Shown here one piece after another: positions 24,388 to 37,900 of a stretch of DNA of 64,000 bases (position 1 is its first letter; each line of letters starts with the position of its first letter). This stretch comes from Geosiphon pyriformis uo1. Its lineage: Eukaryota; Fungi; Glomeromycota. The stretch is taken from assembly GCA_016748015.1 (NCBI GenBank), contig JAAOMT010000703.1, positions 1,114,255 through 1,178,254 on the forward strand. The letters run 5' to 3'. A program made the translations under genes and the position numbers. Below the pieces are notes generated by a model. The model had not been told where the DNA came from and did no database searches. It worked only from the letters and a program-made list of their open reading frames with translations.

Positions 24388-26238
24388 TCATTGATGCAAA
24401 TAATGTATCAGGAAGCCCAAATTTACATACAACAGATTTAACTTCCTTAAAATTGAGCCAATAGAAACTTCAAGAGCTACTATCTTAGATTCCAAACCAC
24501 TGACTTTGAAAATAAAAACTTTTGAACTACTCAGACCCAAATCCACAATTTTGTCCTCTACCACAGAAAATGGAGGAGAAAAAGATGGCTGTGGGATATT
24601 CAGAACCATATCAATATTTAATATTGACAGTATAGAAGTAAGAATAATTGAAAGTCCAACTTGAAAAACAAACACTAAGAGCACCAGTTCTACACCATTT
24701 AATTTGTGCACAATACTTAACACTTGATTAGCCAGCAGTTCTGAAAAGTATTCTAATAAAGCCAGATGATTGTTAATTGAGGAACTATCTTGAACAACCA
24801 GTGTGCACCCTCTATTATTTAAGACACTATGAAAAAAAGAACCAGATTCTAAACCTGAATTAAAATAAGAACCATCAGAAGAAGAGGCAAGTAAAACTAT
24901 TTGTGCTCAAAAGTTGTTGCCAAAAGCAGTAAAACAGAAAATAGGAATACTTTTTTTAGCATACAGCTTTGCCAGCTAAAGACAATGCACCTTTGAAGTG
25001 ACTCTTTTAACTAACTTTGAAGACTTAGAGGTAGACACAGTTGGTTTATCACACTCTAAAACAGAATGACCAAAATGCTCACATTTTTTACAATGAACCA
25101 AATCTAATCTAATTCAAAAAAGTTTAACACGACCAAATATTGGCTCAGTACAATAAGCAGATTCCAAACTCTCTTTAGATTCAAAGCCAATTACAGCACA
25201 GTAAACTCAATTACCAGACTTCATTAAGCAATTAATGATTCAGATTTTCTCACTAGCTTTATCCAAAAAAGTGACCAAATTATGAGCAGTTATTCCTATT
25301 GGTAAAGTATATAGCAGTGCTCTAAATCAATTTCTAAATGTCCAAGTCTCACAATTCTCTACTGTTTTAGCTATGTAAATTAAGTTCTTCTCAATTAAGA
25401 AAGACTATTTAGAAGCCAAATATACAGCCTGACCTAATTCAGCAAATTCCACCACAGTCTTTTACTATATTCTAATCAGTTGAATTTTGATTGACTTAAT
25501 TTCACCAAACTCAGCTACTACAGCAATGATTATTTTCTTAAACATGTCCATAGGAATTTCCTTAATAATTACAGTTTGATTTGAAAGCATTCTTTGTTTT
25601 TTGACATTAACACTTGTGATAATTTCTTTCTTTTTGGCCAATAAGACAGTCTTCTTCATGTTGATCTCTGAAATGAAAATAAATTAAATGATATCTTTAA
25701 ATTTTGAGGGAATAGTGGCTCTCTTAAAACCATTAACAGATGAAAATTTTTTCTAATTAACTGAGTTTTTGCTGTAACAGATTTGCTTTCTACTGCCAAG
25801 AAATTGATATCCAAAGTGAATAATTTCTTAATAACAAATTTTACAGGAGTTTTTACAATTTTGGGATCTATTCATCTCTTGTCCAAAGATATACCAAGAG
25901 AAGGTGAAAGAAGTTCCACTTTTTTTTTTATGTTATAATTGGGAGAACCAAGAGGGGATCCAAGAATCACATTAGTATTCACTTTTTTTGCTTTAGGAGT
26001 ATTAGCCACCAAGCCTAAAAGAGACCTGTTGTTAATACTTTCCATGATTATGTTTTTTTTTCCATAGTTAGACTCACTATCCAAATCTAAATACGTGCCA
26101 TCAGAACCAGGTTTGACTAAAAAAATGTCTTTTTCATCACCTGAATGCTTAATATTACTTAGAACAACTTTTTTTTTTGGGAAAAAAAACCACCAGTAGG
26201 ACCATAGAAACATCTTTGGGCATTTTTTTTTTAGACAT
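24388..26238 (-). pseudogene. LINE L2 ORF1 (RRM plus CCHC)
   Basis: ATG 26238; VIIKEIPMD..FGEIKSIKIQL; CxxC..GH..C near 25060-25095; stop overlaps the ORF2 ATG. Confidence 0.85.
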
Positions 26239-26391
26239 GTTACTGTTTGAAGCAGTCTTTAAATCCACAATAAAAGAGTTATTAGTTAAAAAAATAGTAA
26301 TATAGACTAACAAGAAAATTAAAAATAAAAAACTTCTTTTTTAGAAATATATTTTTTGGGGTTTTTAGAATGTAAGAGAGAAAGAAGTTTT

Positions 26392-27293
26392 TATGTTAAT
26401 ATATTTACAAAAAACTAATTTGGTTTAATATTAAATTTATATAAAAAATACAAAACCAAAATAATAATAAGTTTATTATTACTTATTAGTTATTAATTTA
26501 TTAAATAGATATTTACTAATAATTTTATACAATTTTAATTAAGTTTATAGACTTTATTTATAGTTTTAGTAAAAAAATAAGAAAATCTAATTTGTGTTAA
26601 CTATTATTAATTCAATAGTATTATAATTAAAAATACTTATTTTTTATTATAAATTAATAATATATTATTTGTTTTTAACAAATTTAAGTATTTTTAAATA
26701 TTAAATCTAAAAAATAAATACCAATAAGTAATAATAAATTTTAAAAACCATTCAAAAATAGCTTTTATAACATAAAAAAAACTATGAATTTAAAATAATA
26801 TCTTATAAATTATATAATATATTAGTAATATTTTAATAACTTATAAATATTGATTATTTTTAAAACTTATTTAATTTATTTATAAAAAGTTTTTTAAAAA
26901 TTATAAAAAGCAAGATTAAAATTAAACATTAAAAAATACAATTTTGGTAAAATAAATTTGGTTTTTTTTGGTTATATTATTAGTAAAATCAAAAAAATTA
27001 GTATTATTAAAAATTTTAAAATTTCTTAAAACATTATTAAATTAAAAAAATTTTAATTTTTTAACTATTTAATTAATAAGAATATTAAATACCAATAAAC
27101 AGTAAAACAACAAATTATTTTTAATATTTTTAATTTTGATTTATTTTAACTTTAATAAAAAATTTTAATTAATTATTAATATTTTAATACTGCTTTTAAT
27201 ATTATTTTATCTTAATTAAATAATAATAACAATAAAAAATAATTGTATATGCCAATAAAACCTTAAAACCAATTAAAAAAATTATTTAATTAT
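26392..27293 (+). mobile_element. Eroded RT-RNase H region of host Gypsy D
   Basis: back-reading A>G/T>C gives VVLVKK..CVDYR.LN..TIKDAYPLP.IDD, LDLKSGYWQV, KTAFIT, YASKTLKP.EKNY. Confidence 0.75.
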
Positions 27294-30200
27294 TGTTATT
27301 CAAATAGAAAAACCAATACAAAACTATAAAAAAAATACAATTAATATGTAATAATATAAAAAAATGTAATAATATGAAATAATACAAAATAACACATAAT
27401 AACTTAAGATAATACAAGATAATATATAATAATATAAAATAATACAGAATAACTAATCATAATATAAAATAATTAATTATAATATAAAAAATTAAAGCAA
27501 TAATAAAAATAGTAAGCAATAGTTAATAATAATAAATAATTAAAAACAATTTTATAAAACTAGAAAATATGTATAAAAACAAGTAGTTTTAGTAAATAAA
27601 AAAACAAACAAAAGACAAAAACCAATTTTTTTCTAATATTTTATCTTATTTTTTTATATTTTTGTATTAATTATTTAAATAAAAAATTTATTATTCAATC
27701 TACTTATATATAATTTCAAAATTTATGTTATCAAAATCAAATTAATTATTTTTTTATTTTTATTTCAGATTAAATACTATTTGCATAAACAGTTTCAGAA
27801 TTTTAACAACTTAAACCAATTACTTTTAATTATTGTAATTAATAATATTAATTTTTTTTCTTTTTTTCTCTTATTTTTATTTTTGTTTTTTCTTGTTTTT
27901 TTTTTTCTTGATTTTTTTTTTTTTTGCAAAGTAACAATATTAGAAATTAACTGTTTAAGAATAAACTATGTAATAATTTGATAAAAAAAAGAAGCTCTTC
28001 CTAAGTTTAAATATTAATTTTATCTTGTTAGTTTATCAAAAAAGTGCAAAGACAACATTAAACTTTAGCAATTATATTCAACTAGCTTAAAGAAAATAGC
28101 TTATATTTACAATTATAAACTGTCCAAAAATACATTTTTGTGTTTATAGTTAAAGAACTCTATAGATTAATTTACATATGAAAAAACTTTCAAAAACTAA
28201 TATATTCTAATATGTTTTCTGTCTATTTAAAACAAAAACTAATACATTCTAATATGTTTTCTGTATATTTAAAGAAAATTTTATAGTTATTTTACTCAAA
28301 TTCAGAATACTAAATATTACTACAATATCTTATTAGAATTTATCTGTAATATTTAGTACTTTCTGTAAAGTTATAAAATTTACAAAAACATTTCAAAAAT
28401 TTACAAAAATAATAATTATTAAGACTATAAAAAAAATCATTTGCTATTTAAAAAAACATTATATTATCACTTTAAAAAAAACTTAAGAATATTAATAAAA
28501 ACTATTATTACTAAAAGTAATTTTATTTATTAAACCAAATAACAAATACTGAAAAACTTTGAAAACAAATTCATCAAAAATTATTAGCATATTCAATTTT
28601 AATTATCACAAAAGCTATAACTAAAACTTTTTTCTAATTAACAAAAAAATTGAATTATATATTCAAAAACAGTACTCTTAATTAAAAAGAAAACAAATAT
28701 CAAAATTTGACTCTAAAGAATCTAAGTTTAACTTTAATAATAATACACAAATTATATAAAAAAAACTTTACCTATAATTAATAAAAAATTAAGATTTTTT
28801 TTATTAATTACTCTTTTATATTATTAAATTCTAAAAAACAAAATCTTACTTAATTAACTTATTAAATTACAATCAAAAACTTTGAAAACTTCTGAAAATT
28901 TTTACTTTTGGAATTTTAATTATAATCTTTGAACTAAATTCTTAAAAGAATATAGATTTTTGTTTAAAAGTTTTATTTCAATGTTATTAGAGATTTTTGG
29001 TATTTTTTTTTGAATATTGTTATTGTCATTTTGTTGTAGCTTTATTATTATTGAAAGCTATTAAATTTCTAATAACTGAATTTATCTTCAAATTATCTCC
29101 TATAATTTGAATTGCTAAACTTATAAGTAAAATAACTAATTCTATGTTGATTACTTATATAGTTATTTTGCAATAAAAGTCAACTCTTTTTCAGAAATTA
29201 CTTATCTAAAAGCTTATTAAAATATGTAGTTATTTTACAGTAAAAGTCAACTCTTCTATAGAAATCTTGTCTATAAGCTACCTTAATATATATAATAAAA
29301 AAAGTAAAAAAAAATAAAAAAATGTAAAGAAAAAAAAATTTTGTTAAAAGAATTGTTTTTTGTTTAAGCCTAAAATTATTAAAAAATTATTGAAATTAGT
29401 AGCTAATTAATTTCAAAATATTAGTTGGATTTCAAAGAATTTTAAGTGTAATTAATTAATAATTTTTGTTTTTCAAAGTATTTCTAAGATAAGATGATTC
29501 TAAATTAGATAAAATAAGATAGAACAAGATATATTTTCTTAAAAAGAAAAGTTTTTTTTTATACAATTTGTTAAAGTATTAGTCTATAAACTTAAACTTT
29601 TTTTTTTGCTATGATTTTGACAAACTAAAAATATATTTTAATAAACTACATATTATTTTTACAAATTATAAACTATTCTAATAAATTATCTATTATTTCG
29701 ACGAATTTTTACCAATTTTGACAAATTTTTAAATGTTATATAGTTCAAAGTATTGTGTAATCTAATTATTTTAATTTCTATTATACAAATTACATTATTA
29801 ATTAAATAGTAATATTTGATAGTTTTGATTAAATAATAAATAATAATTGAAAAAATAATAATATATGCTAATTAATAATAAAAATCATAAAAATAATTTC
29901 ATGTTAATTAATAATTAAAATTCTATTAGTAATACTAACAATTAGTAATTTAGTCAAAAGCACTTTTTTTTAACACAATTTTTATCATAGCTCTTAATTA
30001 AATTAATAACTATCTTCTTAAAAAAAATTTTTTATTGTAACTTATTATAACAATTAACAAAAAAAACAACTAGTCTTAAGTTCAATAAAGCAATCAGACA
30101 TATTTTATCAATAATTTTTTTGTCAACAATTAAACAAACTCTTATCACTTAGGTTATAACTTACAAAAATATTACTAGACTAGAAAAATTTTTCAGTAAA

Positions 30201-33200
30201 GAAAAAAATACATATATATGAATTACAAAAGCCAAAAAAACAATTACAATAAACAATTAAAACAAAACTAAAACAATTCAAGCTCTACTTTTTTTTAACT
30301 GAAACTGCAGACTTGTAATACCAAAATCTTGATAAAAAACTGACTGACTTTATTATTTTTAAACTTGCTTTTTTATAATATCTTTATGACTTAAATACAT
30401 TTATTAAATTACAAAATTAATTTAGCATAATAATAAAACAAAAAAATTATGAAGCTATAATCACTTATCTTAAAAAATTCAATCAAACTTTCTGCCAAAT
30501 TCAGATAATTGAAAGAAATTATTATACTTTAGATCAAATTTTCAACCAATTTATTAAAAGACTAAGAAACAATATCTTTTAATCTGTTAGATTCTAATAT
30601 TTTAACAACTTATAAGAGACAATAATACTTGTTTATAATTTTGAATTAGCAAAACAAAAAGTCAATTATACTTAAATTATTAATTTAATCATAAATAGAA
30701 CCTTAGATATTAATATAAAGCTTATCTAATTAAATAAAAATTGACTTAAAAAATTAAAAAATCTTTTATTAGAAACTTAGAAACTTATTTACTATTACAA
30801 TATAAAAAAAATACCAATAAATATCAACAATAGCAATATTGTTAACAACAATAGCAATCCTAAAAACAAAATCTTTATAATTGTTATTATTGTTAAAAAT
30901 CTGGTTATATTGTAAAAAATTGCTACAAGAAACTATCAAATTAGAATTATAAAAACCAATATTAACAACAACTTAGATATTTACAATTTATAAGATTTTA
31001 ATACATTTTGTCTTTATATTAACAATCTCATTACTTATTTTAAACATCATAAAATTATTATTTATATTTACAAACAATATTATAAACATCATTTTAGTAT
31101 TAAGATCTGCTATATAGCAATCCAAAACTTTAAATTATTAATTATAATCAAGAATAATAAAACAACAATAAAAATCAAACTCAATCTATTATAGTATTAT
31201 TTCGAACTATAAATTATAACAATCTATTATTCTAAACATTTTTAACAAAATATTCAAACCAAACTTTATATTTTGGTCTTATAAAAACTTTAAATTTCAG
31301 TAATTTTGTATCTTTAAAAAGAAAAATTATAATTAAAATTACCAAAATTTTTTTTCTTTTAGCAATAATAAGACTATTTTCAATATAATTTTTTCTGATA
31401 TAATTACCAAAAATAATATATTTATTGCAATATTTTTATTTAATATTAACAGCTTAAACACTACTAATTTCTTTAGCAGAGCTATTATTAATTAAAACAA
31501 ACTAATTATAACAATATATATTGAAGCCAAAATAGAACAAATAAATATTAAACTAATATTTAATAGTAAATTAGTGGACAACATAATTATAAAACAATTC
31601 ATAAATTAATTAGATTACAAAGTAGATTGTATAAATACTATTAAAATAATTACTATAAATAAAAATACCAAAACACTAATAAAAAAGATTGACAATTTTT
31701 TTTTTAATATTAATAAAATCAAAATTTAACTAAGTACTTATTATAAAAATTATTCAAAATTAAGCTCTTATAAAAAATAATTAGTTAATTAAAGTTTATA
31801 CTATGTTTGACTAGAATACACAAAAACTTTAAATTACTTTTAATAAATAACACATTAAAATATTTATTATGTGTAAATATTTTAGAATAATAGTTTCAGA
31901 ATAATTTTTAATTAAATTTAAAAAACACTTTTCAGTTAATATTGAAAACTTATCATGTTTTATGGACTAATAATTTCAAAATAAAGTTATTATTATGTTT
32001 CACATAAAAAAAAAGTCAGAAATAGAACTAACAAAAAACCACAGACATTAATATTAGTCTACTTAATTTCAAATCAAAAAAATTAATTATATTAACTTTC
32101 AAAATTAATTTGTATTAATTGTAAAAAGAAGTTATTCTTAATAGATGTATATGTTAAAAACAATAAAGTATAGCCAATTGCTATCAGATATTATTATCAT
32201 TTTTGTATATTAAAACAATTTAAGTGATTAAAATAACAAAACAAATAGAATAATACACTATATTTTATATATAATAAAATCTTATCAGATAAAAAACTAT
32301 AAAATAATGTCTTTAACAAAGAAAAAACATGCAATAAATTCTGTTAATACATTATTCTAATCAATAATTGGGCCCAAAAAAAACTTTATTTACTACAGCC
32401 TATAGTTAAACAATAAACCAACTGAATTTATACTTTTATAATAAAAAAAAAATTTGGAAAATAACTACTGTAAAGTAAAAAAACATAATCAAAAAAATAG
32501 ATATTATAAAAAATGTTTTAATAATCATAAAAAAAATAGATAATTTATTTACTAATAACTTTGAAGCATTTTAAAATTAGTATTAAGAATTTGTTCTTAT
32601 TCAAAAAAAACAAAAACAAGAATTAACCAACTTCAATACAAAACTGTGTAATTATTATTTGATTTTTTGTTATTTTCAATATTGTAATAAGTGTAATTTC
32701 TTGTTTAATCTATCTTTACAAACATTTTATCTTATTCTTAAACTTAAAAAATTCAAGAAAAAATACATATTAGCAATAGAAAACATAATATTTTAAGAGT
32801 TAAGTATGATTATTAAAATAAAACAGTATTTTGTCTATCTTGATTTTTCTAAAAAATTAGAACTAAAATAATATAACAATAATAATAATAAAATATTCCC
32901 AAAAAAAGCACATATAAATAATATTAAATTCGATTTAAAATATTTTAAACAATCTTTTATAGTTATAATATTTTATTTTTTTATAAAAATAGATCTAAAA
33001 TTAGCTTTAGAAATTTTTATTAGTATTATAGTCTAAATTGCATTCTGGTTTAGCCTTGTAAACAAAAAAATTGACATTAAAAAAATAATTAATACTAAGA
33101 ATATAATTATAATACTTTAAAACAATTTTAATAAGCTTTATATAATTAAATTTTAAGAAAAAATTACACAAATTATCTTTTTATTTCTTATAAAAATTTT

Positions 33201-34982
33201 TTAACTGATCTTAATAATCATAGAAAAAAATTAAGTCTTATTGCTTAAAAAATTCAAGGATTTAGTTAAGTGGAAAAAAAATATACAAGTTAATTTTATA
33301 GAAAATACTAATAATAAAATATAATTTATTTATATTAATATTAATATTTTTATTTTTCTATATTAATAATATATTTTGAAAATTGATTAAAAAGTTTAAG
33401 ACCAAGTTTTACCATTTAAAATGGCTTTAAAAATCTGTTTTTTAGCCAATATTGTAAAGCATAAAATTAATACTGAAAATACCAGACCTATAAAATAATA
33501 AGCTTATTAAATAACTTCAAATAACAACAACTTGATTAAACAGAAAGTATAATAAATATTAGATAATAGATTAATTAAAAAATTACTAAGTTTTTAGTCT
33601 TTATCTGTTATATTAATCATTAAAAAAATAAAAAAATCTATTATTGTGTAAATTATTAAAAACTTAATAGTATTACTTAAAAAGATAATTATTTAATTTT
33701 TCTTATTCAAAAAATTTTGAAATAATTTAGAAAATAAAAAATGATTTTTATTTTTAGATTTAGTTAAAAAATATTGGCAAATTAAGATAGATTTTTTAAA
33801 CAAAAAAAACATTATTTACTACTTAAGATAGAAATTTTGAATTCAATATAATGCTCTTTAAACTTTGTAATATTTTAACCATTTTTTAACATTTTATGAA
33901 TATTATATACGAGAAAATTTTTTGCAAATCAATTGTAATATATCTGAATAATACCAATATATTTTCTGAAACTTTTAATAACTATCTGTTTTATTTTCAA
34001 CAAGTTTTTAATTACTTTTAAAATTTAGAACTAAAACTTAATCTTAATTAATATTTCTTTAAAAAAACCGAATTAAAATTCTTGAAACACATAATTGACA
34101 AAATAAAGTAAAATTAGATCTTAATAAAATTCAAAAAATTAAGAATTTTTTTGTTTTAACCAATTTTTAAGAATTAAAAAGATTTTAAAAATAGTCAAAT
34201 ACTATTATTAATTTGTTAAAAGCTTCTTAAACATTGTCAAATCTTTTCATTACTTATTGTTGAAACATATTTTATATATATAGAAGACTAATTAACAAAA
34301 AACTTTTAATTATCTCAAATAATAACTTATAAAAACACCAATTTTGATTTATTTAAACTTTAATAAATATTTTATTATAGTTATAGATGCTTCGAAAAAT
34401 GTATTAAAAGTCATCTTATTGTAAATTAGATTTAACAATTAAGAATATTCAATCATTTATGTTAATTACAATATCAGCACTACTAAAAAAAATATACAAT
34501 ACTATTGATTTAAAATGTCTTACTATTTACTAAGCTATACAAAATTGAAAATATTATCTTTGCCAACTATTTAACTTATATATTAATCATAAAAAAATTA
34601 TTTGGTTACTTAGCAAACCATAACTCAAAAAAAAGTATGTAAGATAGAGTATTTATTTACAGCAATTTTCATATAAAGTATATTATAAAAAAAAGCTAAA
34701 AACACTAATGCTAACAGCTTGTTAAGAATAACTTATATTTAATTTCGGACCAATAAACACAATTACTTATTAATAACTATATCAATATCTGTTAACACTT
34801 CAGTTTAAAAAGACTATTTCAACAGAAACAAAATGCTATATAAAAACAAACTCAAAATTATCTTCTGTATAATGACTAATTATATTGCTAAAAATATTAA
34901 AATCATACTACACTATAACAAGTTATAAAAAATAATGAAAAAAAAATTGTTTTGTTTCACATATACTCCAATTTAATAACAA
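27294..34982 (+). mobile_element. Hyper-eroded family-A Gypsy copy A' (LTR 27294-28351, gag to start of IN)
   Basis: collinear with 45368-52540; decayed PBS ttagtactttctgtaaag; interrupted in the IN Zn-finger region by A''. Confidence 0.85.
28982..29934 (-). mobile_element. Probable solo LTR of another family inside A' gag
   Basis: absent from A'' at the homologous site (~36685); ends tgttattag...ttagtaata; flanks tcaa/ctaa fit a decayed ccag TSD; orientation inferred from the A-tract. Confidence 0.6.
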
Positions 34983-37900
34983 TATTATTTGAGTAAAAAA
35001 ACCAATTTAAAGCTATTAAAAAACACAATTAATATGTAATAACATAGAAAAATAGAATAATACAAAATAATACAAAATAATACACAATAACATAAAATAG
35101 CACAGAATAATTGATCATAATATAAAATAAATAATTATAACATAAAAAAATAAAACAATAATAAAAATAGCAAACAATAGCTAATAATAACAAATAATTG
35201 AAAGCAATTTTATAAAACTAGAAAATATGTATAAAAACAAGTAGTTTTAGATAAAAAAAGACAAATAAAAAACAAAAACCAATTTTTTTTTAAATATTTT
35301 ATTTTTAAAACTTGATAAACTCTTTTATTTTATTTTCTTTATATTTTTTTATTTACTATTAAATAAAATATTATTCAATCTACTTGTATATAATTTCAGA
35401 ATTTGTGTTGTTAAAATCATATTAATTATTTTTTTTATCTTTATTTCAAGCCAAACACTATATACATAAAACAGTTTTAAAATTCTAATAATTTGAATTA
35501 ATTGCTTTTAATTATAATAATTCACAATACAAATTTCTTTTAATTATAATAATTCACAATACAAATTTCTTTTCTCTTTTTTTTTATTTTTATTTTTTAT
35601 TTTTTTTATTTTTTTTATTTTTTTTTCTTAATTTTTTTATTTTTTTTGTAAAACAGTAACATTAAAAATCAATTATTTGAGAATAAACTTTGTAATAGCT
35701 TTGTAAAAAAAAAAGCTTTTTCTAAATTTAAATATTAATTTTATCTTGTTAGCTTATCAAAAAAGTGAAAATACAATATTAAATTTTAATAATTATGTTC
35801 AACTAACTCAAAAAAATAGCTCACATTTATAACTGCAAACTACCAAAACATAGTTTTGTGCTTTATAATTAAAAAATTTTATAAGTAAATTTATATATAG
35901 CAAAAATTTTCAAAGATTAATAATTTCAGTATGTTTTCTGTATATTTAAAGAAAATCTTATAGTTTTTTACTTAAATTTAAAACATTAAATATTATTACA
36001 ATATTCTATCAAGTTTATTCATAATATTTAGTGCTTTTTGTAAGATTATAAAATTCACAAAGACAGAACATCTCAGAAATTTACAAAAGTAACAATTATT
36101 GAGACTATAGAAAAAAATTATTTATTATTTAGAAAAGAATTATATTATCACTTTAAAGAAGACTTAAAAATACCAACAAAGACTATTATTGCAAAAAGTA
36201 ATTTTATTTATTATATACATGATAAAATTAACTATTTATTAAGCTAAACAACAAATACAAAAAATTCAAAAAGTAAATTTACCAAAAATTATTGATATAT
36301 TTAATTTTAATTATTATAAAAGCTATAGTTAAAACTTTTCTTAATTGACAAAAAAATCAAGTTATATACTTAAAAGCAGTACTTTTAATTAAAAAAACAA
36401 ACAAACATTAAAATTTAACTCTAAAAAATCTAAGTTTGACTTTAATAATAATACATAAATTACACAAAAAAAAGCTTTACTTATAGTTAATAAAAAATTA
36501 AGATTTCTTTTATCAACAATTTTTTTATATTATTAAACTTTAAAAAGCAAAATTTTACTTAATTAACACTTTAAATTACTATTAAAAACTTCAAAACTTT
36601 GGAAATTTTTATTTTTAGGACTTTAACCAGAATTTTTAAACTAAATCTTTAAAAAAATATGGATTTTTGTTTAAAAATTTTATCTTAGTAACTAGTAATC
36701 TAGCTAAAAACACTTTTTTTTAAGCATAAGCTCTATTATGATTTCTAATTAAATCAACAACAACTTTTTTAGGAGAAATATTCTTATTGTAATTTATTAT
36801 AATAACTAACAAAAAGAAACAATTAGCTCTAAGTTCAATAAAGCAATTAAATATATTTTTTCAATATCTTTATTATCAAAAATTAAACAAATTTTTATTA
36901 TTTAAGTTATAATTTACAGAAATATTATTAAACTAAAAAAATTTTCTGATAAAAAAATATATACATGAATTATAAAAGCTAAAAAAACAATAATAGCCAA
37001 TAATTAGAATAAAGCCAGAACAATTTAAGCTTTATCTTTTTTTTGACTAAAACTACAAACTTATAATACCAAAGTTTTGATAAAAAATTAACTGACTTTG
37101 CTATCTTTAAATTTGTTTTTTTACAGTACTTTTGTGAGTTAAATATACTTATTAAATTATAAAATCAATTTAGCATAATAAAACAGAAAAATTACAAAGC
37201 TGTAATTACTTATTTCAGAAAATTCAATCAAACTCTCTGTCAAATTTAGACAATTAAAAAAAACTATTAAACTTTATATTAAATTTTTAACCAATTTATT
37301 AAAAAACTAAGAAGCAATATCTTTTAATCCGTTAAATTCTAATATTTTAGCAATTTATAAAAAACAGTAATACTTGCCTATAATTTCAAATTATTAAAAC
37401 AAGAAGCCAATTGTATTTAAGACATTAATACAGAGCTTATTTAATTAAATAAAAATTAACTTAAAAATTTAAAAATTTATCAGCTATCACAATATAAAAA
37501 ATATACCAATAAATATTAATAACAGTAATACTATTAAGAACAACAGCAATTTTGAAAACAAAATCTTTATAATTGCTACTATTGTTAAAAATCTGGTTAT
37601 ATTACAAAAAATTGTTGCAAAAAACTATTAAATCAGAATTATAGAAACCGATATTAGCAACAACTCAAATATTTATAATTCATAAAATTTTAATATCTCT
37701 TATCTTCATATCAAAAATTTTAATACTTATCTTAACTATTACAAAATTATTATTAAAATTTACAAACAATATTATAAATATTAATCAATTCTAAGCTTTA
37801 ATATATAACAACCCAAAACTCTAAGTTATTAATTATAATCAAGAATAATAAAACAACAATAAAAATTAAATTCAATTTATTACAATATTACTTTAAACTA

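Larger units (their letters stand above)
9464..24391 (-). pseudogene. LINE L2 ORF2 (APE-RT-RNase H-ZnF), split by Gypsy B
   Basis: ORF 23633-24391 WKIATCNIR/ETKL/GDFN/IDFIF; RT AFVNN (FVDD); RNase H DSQ; frame VLGKNVLDVLNSVK restored after removing B and one ACAT. Confidence 0.9.
9327..26391 (-). mobile_element. Full-length LINE L2, interrupted by Gypsy B
   Basis: 11-bp TSD tatgttaatat (9316-9326 / 26392-26402); poly(A) at the left end; ORF1 plus ORF2. Confidence 0.92.
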
